Shown here piece after piece: positions 28,931 through 39,125 of a stretch of DNA of 64,000 nucleotides. A model generated the notes under the pieces. It was not told where the DNA came from and searched no databases. It saw only the letters and a list, made by a program, of their open reading frames with translations. The DNA is from Aquificaceae bacterium (GTDB lineage Bacteria > Aquificota > Aquificia > Aquificales > Aquificaceae): assembly GCA_037925075.1 (NCBI GenBank), contig JAXSNR010000002.1, positions 512,001-576,000 of the forward strand, given 5' to 3'. How positions within the stretch are numbered: position 1 is the stretch's first letter; every line of letters begins with the position of its first letter. Made by a program: the position numbers and the translations under genes.

Positions 28931-30057
28931 GCCTTTTTGCAATTTTTATACTCCTTAGCTTTTCCTTTGCCATCGAAAGGGCTTTTATAAACGAACAGTC
29001 CTACAGGCTAATAGACTACATGAAGAGGATAGAGGAGTTTCCAAAAAGCTTAAATGGAAGCCAAGTAAGAGAGTGGATAACTCAGGATAAGCTTCCAGAG
29101 GGTAAGCTTTTTATAGAAAACAGGGCTTTTACAGAGGAGGATTTTGAAAGGTTTATAGAGGAGGCTAACCTTTCCGCAATACCAGAGGAGGTTTCCGTGC
29201 TTTACGGATGGACCCTCAGAAGAACCCGCATGCGCATGTATCCAAGCCATGCGACGGTCCACAAGGGAAGCCCAAAGATAGATTACAATCAGTACACCCT
29301 TCTTGAGCCCTTTACTCCTTTGGCTATACTTCACAGGTCAAAAAGCGGAAAATGGCTATACGTGCATGCACCCTACATGAGGGGTTGGGTGGAGGAAAAG
29401 GATGTGCTTTTTGTGGATAGGCAGGAGCTTTTAAAGGTAATTGGCATGCCCTTTTTGGTGGTGGCTACTGGAAAGATAAATGTGGGTGGTGTAGTCTTTG
29501 GACTTGGCTCAAGTCTGTACTACGAAGAGAAGAGAGGGAACCTGTATAAAGTACTTCTTCCAGATGGAAAAAGGCTTTGGATAAAAGGGGGTAAGGAGTT
29601 TACGGAGGGTTATGAAAGCTTTTCGGAAGAGAGAGCAAAAGCCATACTTGACAAGCTTTTGGGAGAGCCCTACGATTGGGGTGGAAAAGAGGGCAGATGG
29701 GACTGCTCTTCTTTAGTGCAAAGCCTTTATAGAGTATTTGGGCTTGAGCTTCCAAGAAACTCCTCACAGCAGGCACAGATTGGCAGGCTTGTGGCGAAAA
29801 ACTTTGAAAGCTATGAGGAGCTAAAGGAAACACTTAAAGAACTACCTTCCTTTAGGACGCTTCTTTTCATGAGGGGTCATGTGATGATATACGGGGGCTT
29901 TGAGGGGGACCAGCCTGTAATCTACCATGCGGTCCATACCCTAAAGGGAGAGGACGGCTCAAAATGGTATGTGAATGCGGTGCACAAAAACCTTTTGGAA
30001 AGGGACAGACTTAGAAATATACACAGGTCAATCCTTGCGGTAAGAGTGCTTGATTAG
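28927..30057 (+). CDS. SH3-domain NlpC/P60 cell-wall peptidase
   Basis: PYDWGG, DCSSLV, LPRNSSQQ, GHVMIY; SH3-like GWV; signal peptide. Confidence 0.9.
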   Translation: MSLFAIFILLSFSFAIERAFINEQSYRLIDYMKRIEEFPKSLNGSQVREWITQDKLPEGKLFIENRAFTEEDFERFIEEANLSAIPEEVSVLYGWTLRRTRMRMYPSHATVHKGSPKIDYNQYTLLEPFTPLAILHRSKSGKWLYVHAPYMRGWVEEKDVLFVDRQELLKVIGMPFLVVATGKINVGGVVFGLGSSLYYEEKRGNLYKVLLPDGKRLWIKGGKEFTEGYESFSEERAKAILDKLLGEPYDWGGKEGRWDCSSLVQSLYRVFGLELPRNSSQQAQIGRLVAKNFESYEELKETLKELPSFRTLLFMRGHVMIYGGFEGDQPVIYHAVHTLKGEDGSKWYVNAVHKNLLERDRLRNIHRSILAVRVLD

Positions 30058-31436
30058 AGTTCAAGAACTTCACCCATTTCGGGTATATGATAGCTTAGAC
30101 CCAACTTTTCTCTCAGTGCCTCGCTGAAGACCTTCATCTTTTCCTCTTCTCCGTGTATAAGAAACACTTTGCTTGGTTTGCCTGAATAGGATAGCCATTC
30201 AAGAAGACATTGTTGATCCGCATGGGAGGAAAAGCCGTTTATGGTAAAGACCTTTGCCCTGACCGCAATCTCCTCTCCGAATATTCTTACGCTTTCCGTA
30301 CCCTCTATTATCCTTCTCCCCAGAGTTCCCTTAGGTTGATAGCCCACAAAAACAAGCGCACACTCTTCACGCCAGAGGTTGTACTTAAGATGGTGAAGAA
30401 CCCTTCCTCCGTTAAGCATGCCAGAGCCTGCTATTATAACCGCTCCAGAGCTTATGGAGTTTATGGCTTTTGACTCTTCTACCTCCTTTGTGTAGTGAAG
30501 GTTTGGAAGCTCAAAGGGGTTTTTCTCCAAAAAGACCTTATAAGTTTCCCTGTCATAAAACTCTGGATGTGAGGCAAAAAGCCTCGTTATGCTTATGGCT
30601 AATGGGCTGTCAAGGAAGATTTCACACTTTGGAAGCCTACCCTCTTCATAGAACTCCCTTAGCACATAAAGTATCTCCTGAGCCCTCTCAAGGGCATAAG
30701 AGGGAATTATCACATTGCCACCTCTACCAATGGCATACTCAATAGCCTCAAGTAGCTCCTCCTTTGACTCTTCAAAGCTTTTGTGATTTCTGTCTCCGTA
30801 GGTGGTCTCTATAAAGAGGTAGTCTGCGGGGGAAGGAGCTTCTGGGTCATGAACTATGGGCTTGTTTTTGTTGCCAAGGTCTCCAGAAAAGATCACTCTC
30901 TTGTGCCTTTTGTCCTCATAGACTTCTAACTCCACAAAGGCGGATCCAAGAATATGACCAGAGTCTCTAAGCCTTAGGCTAACACCTTTGGAAAGCCTGT
31001 ACTCTTGTCCGTAGGCAAGCCTTATTTTGAAAAGCTCCATGGCTTCCAAAACATCGTACTCTTCATAAAGTGGTGGCTCTGGGACTTTGCCTGTTCTTTG
31101 AAGCTTTTTCAAAGCGGTTTTGTAGTTTTCGTACATGACCTTACTGGCATCAAGGAGCATAAGCCTTGATAGCTTGGCGGTGGGCTCCGTGGATATTATC
31201 TTTCCTTTGAAGCCTTCTTTTACCAAAAGGGGTATTCTTCCGCAGTGGTCTATGTGGGCATGGGTAAGCACAAGGTAATCTATTTCTCTTGGGTCAAAGG
31301 GAAAGGGCTCATGGTTTTTCTTTTCTTCAAGACCCTGAAACAGCCCACAGTCCACAAGAAGCCTTACATCCCTCGCCTCCACATAAAAACAGCTACCGGT
31401 TACCGTTTTTGCACCGCCGTAGGGTATGACCTTCAT
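30054..31436 (-). CDS. MBL-fold beta-CASP RNA-specific hydrolase
   Basis: [34 protein letters not shown]. Confidence 0.93.
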   Translation of the reverse strand: MKVIPYGGAKTVTGSCFYVEARDVRLLVDCGLFQGLEEKKNHEPFPFDPREIDYLVLTHAHIDHCGRIPLLVKEGFKGKIISTEPTAKLSRLMLLDASKVMYENYKTALKKLQRTGKVPEPPLYEEYDVLEAMELFKIRLAYGQEYRLSKGVSLRLRDSGHILGSAFVELEVYEDKRHKRVIFSGDLGNKNKPIVHDPEAPSPADYLFIETTYGDRNHKSFEESKEELLEAIEYAIGRGGNVIIPSYALERAQEILYVLREFYEEGRLPKCEIFLDSPLAISITRLFASHPEFYDRETYKVFLEKNPFELPNLHYTKEVEESKAINSISSGAVIIAGSGMLNGGRVLHHLKYNLWREECALVFVGYQPKGTLGRRIIEGTESVRIFGEEIAVRAKVFTINGFSSHADQQCLLEWLSYSGKPSKVFLIHGEEEKMKVFSEALREKLGLSYHIPEMGEVLEL

Positions 31437-32275
31437 ACCATGGTTTCAAGGTAAAGCTTGGCAATTCTCTGGGCTAGGTTGTTCATCCTCCTTATGTACC
31501 TTGCCCTCTCTTGCACGGAAAGCACTCCTCTGGCATCCAAAAGGTTAAAGGTATGGGAGCACTTGAGAAGGTGGTCGTAAGCAGGAAGCGCAAGCTTTTC
31601 CTCCAGTAGTCTCTGGGTTTCTTTTTCGTATATTTCATAGAGTTCAAAAAGCACCTTTGGGTCAGATTTTTCAAAGTTGTACACGCTCCACTGGTATTCC
31701 GCAGGCTTGAAGACCTCTCCGTAGGTAAGCCAATCGTTCCACTTTATATCATACACACTGTCCACATCTTGCAAATACATGGCAATACGCTCAAGCCCGT
31801 AGGTTATCTCCACCGATATCTCCTCAAGGTCAAGCCCACCAGCCTGCTGGAAGTAGGTAAATTGGGTTATCTCCATTCCATCGAGCCACACCTCCCAACC
31901 AAGCCCCCAAGCTCCCAAGGTGGGAGACTCCCAGTCATCCTCCACAAACCTTATATCATGCTCCCGTGGATTTATACCCAAGGCTTTTAAACTCTCTAAG
32001 TATATCTCCTGAGGGTTGTCTGGTGCGGGCTTTAGGATAACCTGAAACTGAAAATAGTGCTGTAGCCTGTTTGGGTTTTCACCATACCTTCCATCCTTTG
32101 GTCTTCTGGAGGGCTCCACATACGCTACCTTCCATGGCTTTTTACCAAGCACTTTGAGAAAAGTCGCAGGGTTCATAGTTCCAGCACCGGTTTCTATATC
32201 GTAGGGTTGCCAGATGGCACAGCCCTTTTCCGCCCAGAAGCGATGCAAGGTCATAATAAGGTCTTGAAAGGTCAT
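31433..32275 (-). CDS. glyQ: Glycine-tRNA ligase alpha subunit
   Basis: [31 protein letters not shown]. Confidence 0.98.
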   Translation of the reverse strand: MTFQDLIMTLHRFWAEKGCAIWQPYDIETGAGTMNPATFLKVLGKKPWKVAYVEPSRRPKDGRYGENPNRLQHYFQFQVILKPAPDNPQEIYLESLKALGINPREHDIRFVEDDWESPTLGAWGLGWEVWLDGMEITQFTYFQQAGGLDLEEISVEITYGLERIAMYLQDVDSVYDIKWNDWLTYGEVFKPAEYQWSVYNFEKSDPKVLFELYEIYEKETQRLLEEKLALPAYDHLLKCSHTFNLLDARGVLSVQERARYIRRMNNLAQRIAKLYLETMV

Positions 32276-32351
32276 AGAGTTATTTTACATTAATTCAACC
32301 CATAACCTTTATCCTTTTGTCGCAGTCCATCACTGTGGGCTCAAAGCCCTT

Positions 32352-32987
32352 CTATTTTAGCAGTTGTCTTACATATGGGTTGAACCTTCTTTCGTGTCCT
32401 ATGGTGGTTTCCTCGTAGTGTCCGCATACCACCAGTACATCATCCTCAAGCTCCGAAAAAACTCTTTTTAGGGAACTTTTTAGGTCTTCAAGGCTTCCTC
32501 CGGGCAAGTCCCATCTACCCACTCCGCCCTTGAAAAGCAGATCCCCAGCTATAAGGGTTTTGCTCTTTTCTTCATACAGACAGCACAGCCCCGGAGTATG
32601 TCCGGGAGTATGGATTACCCTTAAGGTGGTGTTTCCGAGCTTTATCTCCATGTGGTCTTTTAGGTCTACCTCTGGGTTGGGACAGGGCAGGCTTGCACCT
32701 ATCTGCCTTTCAAAGCCAGGCCATATGGTATCGTTTATTAGGAATAGGTCCGCAGGGTGCATGTAAAAGGGGATGTTAAACCTCTCTTTGAGGGCTTTTA
32801 CCTGACCCACATGGTCTATGTGCCCGTGCGTGGCGACTATGCCTACAAGCTCGTAGGGCTCTACTTCTCTAATTATCTTTTCCACATCCGCTCCGGGGTC
32901 TACCACTATGGCTTGACCTGTATCCTCATCCACCACCAAGGAACAGTTAACAGAAAGAAGCCCTACAGAAAAGACCTTAAGGAGCAT
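32352..32987 (-). CDS. MBL-fold hydrolase (glyoxalase II/YcbL-like)
   Basis: VDPG, THGHIDHVG, HTPGHTPG, GDLLF. Confidence 0.9.
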   Translation of the reverse strand: MLLKVFSVGLLSVNCSLVVDEDTGQAIVVDPGADVEKIIREVEPYELVGIVATHGHIDHVGQVKALKERFNIPFYMHPADLFLINDTIWPGFERQIGASLPCPNPEVDLKDHMEIKLGNTTLRVIHTPGHTPGLCCLYEEKSKTLIAGDLLFKGGVGRWDLPGGSLEDLKSSLKRVFSELEDDVLVVCGHYEETTIGHERRFNPYVRQLLK

Positions 32988-34369
32988 CAGAGCCTTATAA
33001 GGTCATACAGAATATTGGGGAATATGCCAAGAAGAACCACAAGCAGGAAGCATACAAGCAAGGTGAAAGCCTCACCACCAGAAACTTTGGCGGGCAAAAA
33101 CCTCTTCTCACCCTCCTCAAGGAAGAGGTACACTATAACCCTTAGATAATAACCCGCGGATATGCTGCTTGCGACAAGCAAAGCTAAGGCTAAGGGGAAG
33201 AGCATGGTATGGACAAGACCCATAAAGAGGGTGAGCTTACCCACAAAAAGGGCCATAGGTGGTATGCCTATGAAGGCAAACAAAAATAGGGCAAAGAGGG
33301 ACGTAAGCATGGGATGCTCCTTAAAGAGGCCTCTGTAGTCAAGCATATGGTGGGAGAAGCCTGGTCTTTTTTCAAGTACCGACATTATGGTAAAGCTACC
33401 AAGGCTCGCAAAGGCATATAGGGAAACATAGAATAGAAGGGCTTTTTGGAGCTGTTGGTTTGCGGTGCTTATACCAAGTAGAAAATAGCCCGCATGGGCT
33501 ATGGTGGAGTATGCCATAAGCCTTTTTACAGACTTTTGGGTGTACGCCACGAAGTTGGCGTAAAACATGGAAAGCAAAGAAAGGACAGCAACCAGTAGAA
33601 GCCACTGTTTAAGATGGTAAAAGTAGCCAAGAAGTTGAACAAGAAAGAAATACAGGGCTACCTTGGGGACTGAGGACAAGTACCCAGTTATGGGGGTGGG
33701 TGCACCCTCGTAAGCGTCAGGGGTCCAAAAGTGGTATGGAACCGCAGAAGCCTTTAGGGCAAGGGCGGACAGCAAAAGTACCATAGAAAGCAAGAAAAGG
33801 CTGTTTTCGTCTCTGTACTCCTTGAAAAAGAGGCTACCTACGCTGGCGTAGTAAAAGGCAGAACCAAGGGCCAACATGGATGTGCCCACAGAGCCAATTA
33901 TAAGGTACTTGTAGCCCGCCTCCTTTGAGAGAACATCTCCCCTGAGAAGAGAAACCATAAGGTACATGCTTATGCTGGAAAGCTCAAGGGACAAAAAGAC
34001 CAGCACTAAGTTGGTAGAGGATACCAATATGGAAAGTCCAAGGGTTGAGAGGAGGGGGATGTAAGAAAGCTCTGTGTAAACCGAGTCCTTTTTCTCGTAG
34101 TAGTCCTGCATAGAAAAAAGGGCAAGACTGGTAAGTATGTACAAAACCGCCTTTCCAAGTAGATTGAGAGCGTTCACCTCAAAGAGGTCAAAAAGTGTCT
34201 TTGCAGGGTATTGCACAAAGAGGAGGCTTATAAGGGACGCAACGGGCACAAAAGCAGAAAAAAGGCCTAAGAGTCTGTAGTGCTTTTTCTGAGAAAAAAG
34301 CTCTAACACAAAGACAAGAAGTACACCAAGGGCAAGTACAAGCTCAGGAATCAGTGCGTTCCAGTTCAC
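32987..34369 (-). CDS. nuoN: NADH-quinone oxidoreductase subunit N (set 2)
   Basis: EAGYKY, PYHFWTPDAYEGAP, KRLMAYSTIAHAGY. Confidence 0.93.
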   Translation of the reverse strand: MNWNALIPELVLALGVLLVFVLELFSQKKHYRLLGLFSAFVPVASLISLLFVQYPAKTLFDLFEVNALNLLGKAVLYILTSLALFSMQDYYEKKDSVYTELSYIPLLSTLGLSILVSSTNLVLVFLSLELSSISMYLMVSLLRGDVLSKEAGYKYLIIGSVGTSMLALGSAFYYASVGSLFFKEYRDENSLFLLSMVLLLSALALKASAVPYHFWTPDAYEGAPTPITGYLSSVPKVALYFFLVQLLGYFYHLKQWLLLVAVLSLLSMFYANFVAYTQKSVKRLMAYSTIAHAGYFLLGISTANQQLQKALLFYVSLYAFASLGSFTIMSVLEKRPGFSHHMLDYRGLFKEHPMLTSLFALFLFAFIGIPPMALFVGKLTLFMGLVHTMLFPLALALLVASSISAGYYLRVIVYLFLEEGEKRFLPAKVSGGEAFTLLVCFLLVVLLGIFPNILYDLIRL

Positions 34370-34372
34370 CTT

Positions 34373-35848
34373 TTAACCTCCAAGCACATATCGTGAAGTT
34401 TGCTCTATGATCTTTACAAAGGGGTAGGGATAAAGACCCATTACGAAAGCTGAAGCTATGATAAGTATAAAAGAGAGCGTATGGTGAAGCTCCAGGTCCT
34501 TGAGATGCCTCCATTTTTCTAATCGGTATTCGGAAAGGGTTTCCTCCTCAAAGATAACCCTCTTGTACATGTAAAGGAAGTATGCAGCGGATAGCACCAC
34601 ACCCACACCCGCTATAAAAGCCCAGATAGGGAAGTTTTTGTAAGTGCCAAGAAACACCAAAAACTCCGCCACAAAGCCCGCAAGACCAGGAAAGCCTATG
34701 CCTGCAAGACCAGAAAGCATGAAAAATACCGCAAGCTTTGGCACATAGCGGGCAAGCCCACCAAGGTCATCCATGTGGTAGGAATGCACCCTGTCGTATA
34801 TAAAGCCTGCGGACATAAACAGAGCGGCGGAAGAAAGCCCGTGGGCTATCATCATGTATATGGCACCATTTAGAGCGTTAAGGTCCATGGCAAAGGTGCC
34901 AAGGGTAACCACGCCCATATGGCTTATAGAAGAGTAGGCTATAAGCCTTTTTATGTGAGTCTGGGCTATAGCCATCATGGCGGTGTATATAATGGCAACC
35001 AAACTTAGGAAAAAGATAAGAGGTATAAAGTATTTGCTGGCGTCGGGGAAAAGGGGAAGGGAGTACCTCACAAAGCCAAAGGTACCCATCTTCAAAAGCA
35101 CTGCCGCAAGCACCACAGAACCTGCGGTGGGAGCTTCCACGTGGGCATCGGGAAGCCAAGTATGTACAGGCCACATGGGAATCTTGACCGCAAAGCCAAG
35201 ACCAAAGAGCAAGAAGGCTACCATTTGCAACATCATGGGATAGGAAAAGCCCATATGGAAGGTGTAATCAAAGGAAAGCTTTCCGGTAATCAGGTAGCCA
35301 TAAACCACTATGCTGGCAAGCCCAAGAAGGAGAAATACACTACCAAAAAAGGTGTAAACAAAAAACTTGTTTGCCGCATAGACCTTTCTGTCATGCCCCC
35401 AAAGACCTATGATGAAGTACATGGGTATGAGCATGCCCTCCCAGAAGAGATAAAAGAGGAAAAAGTCCAGTGCGGAGAACACTCCAAGGCACGCGGTCTC
35501 AAGGGCAAGGAAAAGGGCAAAGTAAAGGTTAGACCTGTCTTCTACCTTTAGAGACCAAAGGAAAGCAACCACAAAGACCAAAGAAGTCATCAAAAGCAAG
35601 GAGATGGCCATGCCATCCACACCCACATGGTAGGAAATGCCCAAGGAAGGAATCCAGTCTATCCTTTTCACATACTGAAAGCCCTGAGCGGACCAATTGA
35701 AGTTGAGGAAAAGATACAGCATTATGAAAAACACCACAGAGGAAATACCCAGAGAAAGGACCTTGGAAAAATTTTCCCTTCTCACTATACCCACAAACAA
35801 TGCACCTACCAAGGGAAGGAATATGGCAAGGCTTAGAAGATTTTCCAT
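34373..35848 (-). CDS. nuoM: NADH-quinone oxidoreductase subunit M (set 2)
   Basis: KIPMWPVHTWLPDAHVEAPT, LLKMG, AYSSISHMG. Confidence 0.95.
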   Translation of the reverse strand: MENLLSLAIFLPLVGALFVGIVRRENFSKVLSLGISSVVFFIMLYLFLNFNWSAQGFQYVKRIDWIPSLGISYHVGVDGMAISLLLMTSLVFVVAFLWSLKVEDRSNLYFALFLALETACLGVFSALDFFLFYLFWEGMLIPMYFIIGLWGHDRKVYAANKFFVYTFFGSVFLLLGLASIVVYGYLITGKLSFDYTFHMGFSYPMMLQMVAFLLFGLGFAVKIPMWPVHTWLPDAHVEAPTAGSVVLAAVLLKMGTFGFVRYSLPLFPDASKYFIPLIFFLSLVAIIYTAMMAIAQTHIKRLIAYSSISHMGVVTLGTFAMDLNALNGAIYMMIAHGLSSAALFMSAGFIYDRVHSYHMDDLGGLARYVPKLAVFFMLSGLAGIGFPGLAGFVAEFLVFLGTYKNFPIWAFIAGVGVVLSAAYFLYMYKRVIFEEETLSEYRLEKWRHLKDLELHHTLSFILIIASAFVMGLYPYPFVKIIEQTSRYVLGG

Positions 35849-35851
35849 CTT

Positions 35852-37678
35852 TTACCTCCAGAAGATTGTTATGAAAAGTAGCATCAAAAAGCCAAAAGCC
35901 ATGAAAAAGGCATAAAGGTTTAGCCTGCCCGCTTGAAGAAGTCTAAAAACACCGCCCACACCCTTTACCGCCGGATAGGTGAAGTTTACAACACCGTCTA
36001 TAAGCTGTCTTTCTGCGGTCATGTAAATCACCTTAGAGTAGAAAAGATAACCGCCCGCCAACACCTTATGGTAAAACCTTTCAGTGAAGAACTGCTCTTT
36101 CAAGGTAGTATGCAAAGGCTTTAGGGCTTCGTAAGCTTTTTGCGGATCTATCAAGCCCTTTACATACACAAGATAAGCCACCAATATGCCCGCCAAGCCC
36201 ACCACCACAGAAAGCACAGCTATATCCACATGAAGCTCCTTATGAACCCCCAATATACCGCCATACCATCCTTCAAAAAATCCAGCAACCACCGCCATCA
36301 CGGAAAGCACAAGCATAGGCACCACCATCACGCTTGGGCTTTCATGGGGTTCTTCTTTTTGTTCATGTCTGAAGTGCTCCTTCCCATGAAACATCACAAA
36401 CCCTTCCCTGAATATGTAATAAGCGGTCATAAAGCTCACCACAGACACAAGCACCCCCCACAAAAAGCTCTTCTCATACGCAGTTGCCACTATAAGGTCC
36501 TTGCTCCAAAACCCAGAAAAGGGAAATATACCAGCCAAAGCCAAGGCTCCAACAAGAAAACTGGCATAGGTTATAGGCATATACCTTTTTAGCCTACCAG
36601 TCTCGTATATGTAATGCACATGGTGGTGAAAGGCATGAATTACAGAACCAGCGGACAAAAAGAGCAAAGCCTTGAAAAAGGCATGAGTAGTCAAATGAAA
36701 CATGGCAGACATCCTATCACCAAGACCAAGAGCCAAAAACATAAGACCAAGCTGACTCATGGTGGAAAAAGCTATGATCTTCTTTATATCCGTATGAGAA
36801 GTAGCAGCAAGGGCAGCAAACAAGGCGGTAAGACCACCCACAAGGGCAACCACCCTTAAACTCTCAGGAGCGGACTCAAACATAGGATAAAGCCTTGCCA
36901 CCATATAGACACCAGCAGCTACCATAGTGGCAGCGTGCAAAAGGGCAGAAACAGGAGTAGGACCGGCCATAGCATTAGGAAGCCAAGTATGCAAAGGCAA
37001 TTGACCAGACTTACCAACCGCACCACCAAAGAGCAAAAGACAAGCAAGACCAAGAAGAGCCTTATCCACCTGAGAGACCCTAGCAAAAATGTCAAGGATA
37101 GAAAGAGAACCAAAAAGGTAAAAAGAAGCGACAATACCAAAGAGGAAAAACCAATCACCAACACGGTTTAGGACAAAAGCCTCAAGGGAAGCATTAGAAG
37201 CCTTCTTTTGAGTGTGGAAGTATCCAATAAGCAAGTAAGAAGCAAGACCCACACCCTCCCAACCAAAGAAGATACCCAGCAAGTTATCCGAAAGCACAAT
37301 AAGGAGCATAGCAAACAAGAACAAAGACAAGTAGGCGTAGAACTTAAAAGTCCACTGACCAAAAAGGTTATGCATATAGCCAATAGAGTAGATGAAGATC
37401 ACAGTAGCCACAAAAGTGACCACAGAAGCGGTAACAGAAGAAAGGGGGTCAAAGAAAAGACCCAAAGAGAGATTATAAGCATCCAGAGGCAGAAAGTCAT
37501 AGAGCTTTACACTAAAAGGCTCAGAGAGAGCTCTTGAGGTAGCCCAGAGAGAAAAGAGAAAAGAAAAGGCACCACCCAATACACAAAGCAAGGCTGAAGC
37601 CATATCACCTATTCTTGCACCAAAGAGGGCTATGAGTAAAAAAGCTATTAAGGGTGAAAGCAGGATTAATACTTCCAT
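35852..37678 (-). CDS. nuoL: NADH-quinone oxidoreductase subunit L (set 2)
   Basis: GWEGVG, NRVGD, GKSGQLPLHTWLPNAMAGPTPVSALLH, HAFFKALLF. Confidence 0.95.
   Translation of the reverse strand: MEVLILLSPLIAFLLIALFGARIGDMASALLCVLGGAFSFLFSLWATSRALSEPFSVKLYDFLPLDAYNLSLGLFFDPLSSVTASVVTFVATVIFIYSIGYMHNLFGQWTFKFYAYLSLFLFAMLLIVLSDNLLGIFFGWEGVGLASYLLIGYFHTQKKASNASLEAFVLNRVGDWFFLFGIVASFYLFGSLSILDIFARVSQVDKALLGLACLLLFGGAVGKSGQLPLHTWLPNAMAGPTPVSALLHAATMVAAGVYMVARLYPMFESAPESLRVVALVGGLTALFAALAATSHTDIKKIIAFSTMSQLGLMFLALGLGDRMSAMFHLTTHAFFKALLFLSAGSVIHAFHHHVHYIYETGRLKRYMPITYASFLVGALALAGIFPFSGFWSKDLIVATAYEKSFLWGVLVSVVSFMTAYYIFREGFVMFHGKEHFRHEQKEEPHESPSVMVVPMLVLSVMAVVAGFFEGWYGGILGVHKELHVDIAVLSVVVGLAGILVAYLVYVKGLIDPQKAYEALKPLHTTLKEQFFTERFYHKVLAGGYLFYSKVIYMTAERQLIDGVVNFTYPAVKGVGGVFRLLQAGRLNLYAFFMAFGFLMLLFITIFWR
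36069..37660. repeat. Long direct repeat copy 1 (within nuoL set 2)
   Basis: Matches 45546-47137 at offset 9477; only one mismatch seen (37643 vs 47120); shadow ORFs identical. Confidence 0.95.
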
Positions 37679-37679
37679 A

Positions 37680-37988
37680 TTAGCCCCTCATGTCTGTTAT
37701 TTCGTCTGTGGAATCTACCCTTCTTAACCTGAATATGGCTATTATTATACCAAGACCTACCGCAGCCTCTGCGGCGGCAAGGGCAATTACAAAGAGGGCA
37801 AAGACCTGACCATCTACAAGGCTAAGGTGTGCATCCGCACCCACAAAAAGCACGTTGACCGCATTGAGGGCAAGCTCCATGCTCATGAGAATCGTTACCA
37901 TGTTTCTACGCACTATCATACCAAATACGCCAAGTCCAAAAAGCACCAAGCTAAGCGTCAGATACGCCTCAAGAGGTATGGTTGTCAT
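37680..37988 (-). CDS. nuoK: NADH-quinone oxidoreductase subunit K (set 2)
   Basis: RRN, ELALNAVN, GQVFALF, AAAEAAVGL. Confidence 0.95.
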   Translation of the reverse strand: MTTIPLEAYLTLSLVLFGLGVFGMIVRRNMVTILMSMELALNAVNVLFVGADAHLSLVDGQVFALFVIALAAAEAAVGLGIIIAIFRLRRVDSTDEITDMRG

Positions 37989-38502
37989 AGGTCTGTGCCT
38001 CCTTCCTTCCTATTATCACTGCCCCTATCATGCCTATAAGAAGCACCAAAGAAACCAACTCAAAAGCTAAGAAGTATTTACTAAAGAGTATACCACCTAT
38101 CACTTCCACATTGCCGAACTTCTGCATAAGCCCTCTAAACTCGCCCTTTGGTGAGACGCTAACTCCTACCAGAAACACCAGGAGCATCTCCGCATACAGA
38201 AGAGGAATAAGGGGGAAAGAAAGCAACCCCTCCACCCTATAGTGGGAGTCCTTTTTAAGAGCCTTCTCCCATGGAACCGCGGTAAGCACAAAAACATAAA
38301 AGACAGTCACCGCCACAACGTATATAAGCAATTGGAGTGCACCCACCAATTCCGCACCAGCGACGAAGAAGATGCCTGCAATTGCCACCAACACGGAGAG
38401 CAAGGAGAGTATTACGTATATGGGGTTAGCCAAGAGGACTACACCAAGGGCAGACACCACCGCAAGAGCAGAAAAGAGAAGAAAAACCAGCCACTGTATC
38501 AC
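37969..38502 (-). CDS. nuoJ: NADH-quinone oxidoreductase subunit J (set 2)
   Basis: NPIY, GAELVGALQLLIYV, AFELVSLVLL. Confidence 0.93.
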   Translation of the reverse strand: MIQWLVFLLFSALAVVSALGVVLLANPIYVILSLLSVLVAIAGIFFVAGAELVGALQLLIYVVAVTVFYVFVLTAVPWEKALKKDSHYRVEGLLSFPLIPLLYAEMLLVFLVGVSVSPKGEFRGLMQKFGNVEVIGGILFSKYFLAFELVSLVLLIGMIGAVIIGRKEAQTYDNHTS

Positions 38503-39122
38503 CCTTTCACCTCCGGAAGTTTAAGATGGTTTTCGTGCCAAAGCCTTTGTCTTTGGTGGTCATCTATCCATATTCTATCTGGTTCTTCTTCTCTCCTTCT
38601 TTGCCAATCTCTGCCTATTCTTTCTAAGACTTCAAGGTCTAATACCGCGTCCCTTCTCGTGTAGCTTGCGGTCTCGTGTATATCGCTTTGGAACAAGCAA
38701 TCCACAGGGCAGGCATCTACGCAGAAGCCACAAAAGGTACAGAGCATCATGTTCATGTTAAAAACTGAGACCCTTCTTCTTCCGTCGGGAAGCTTTTCAC
38801 CCTCTATCTCAAAGAGTTGTGGTACAGGACATGCCCTTTTGCAAAGCATACAGACCACACATCTACTTTTACCTGGCTCCACCTTTATCTTAAACCTTTC
38901 CACCCACTCATCAAAGGCAGGTTGAGGTTCTTTGCCATCCACCACCTTGTGCCCAAAAAAGCCCCTAAACCTTTTAGGAGGCGTGAGTTTTTCATAAGGG
39001 TAGTGGGTGGTGATGGTTTTTCTAAAGGCGTGCTTTATGGTTATGGACAGCCCTCTTATAAAGTCCAAAAAGAGCATCCTTTCTATCCAGCTAAGCGGTC
39101 TTTCAAAAACCCTTTTGACCAT
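38499..39122 (-). CDS. nuoI: NADH-quinone oxidoreductase subunit I (set 2)
   Basis: YPYEK, RFRG, two CxxCxxCxxxCP motifs. Confidence 0.93.
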   Translation of the reverse strand: MVKRVFERPLSWIERMLFLDFIRGLSITIKHAFRKTITTHYPYEKLTPPKRFRGFFGHKVVDGKEPQPAFDEWVERFKIKVEPGKSRCVVCMLCKRACPVPQLFEIEGEKLPDGRRRVSVFNMNMMLCTFCGFCVDACPVDCLFQSDIHETASYTRRDAVLDLEVLERIGRDWQRRREEEPDRIWIDDHQRQRLWHENHLKLPEVKG

Positions 39123-39125
39123 ATC

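Noticed and set aside
32276..32351. Short frame KGFEPTVMDCDKRIKVMG and GGGCT-TTG-AGCCC hairpin between glyQ and the MBL gene
   Set aside because: Too short to assign; could be a gene remnant or weak terminator
36140..37537. His/Lys-rich + strand ORFs (also at 45617-47014)
   Set aside because: Antisense shadows of nuoL; the T-poor strand simply lacks stop codons
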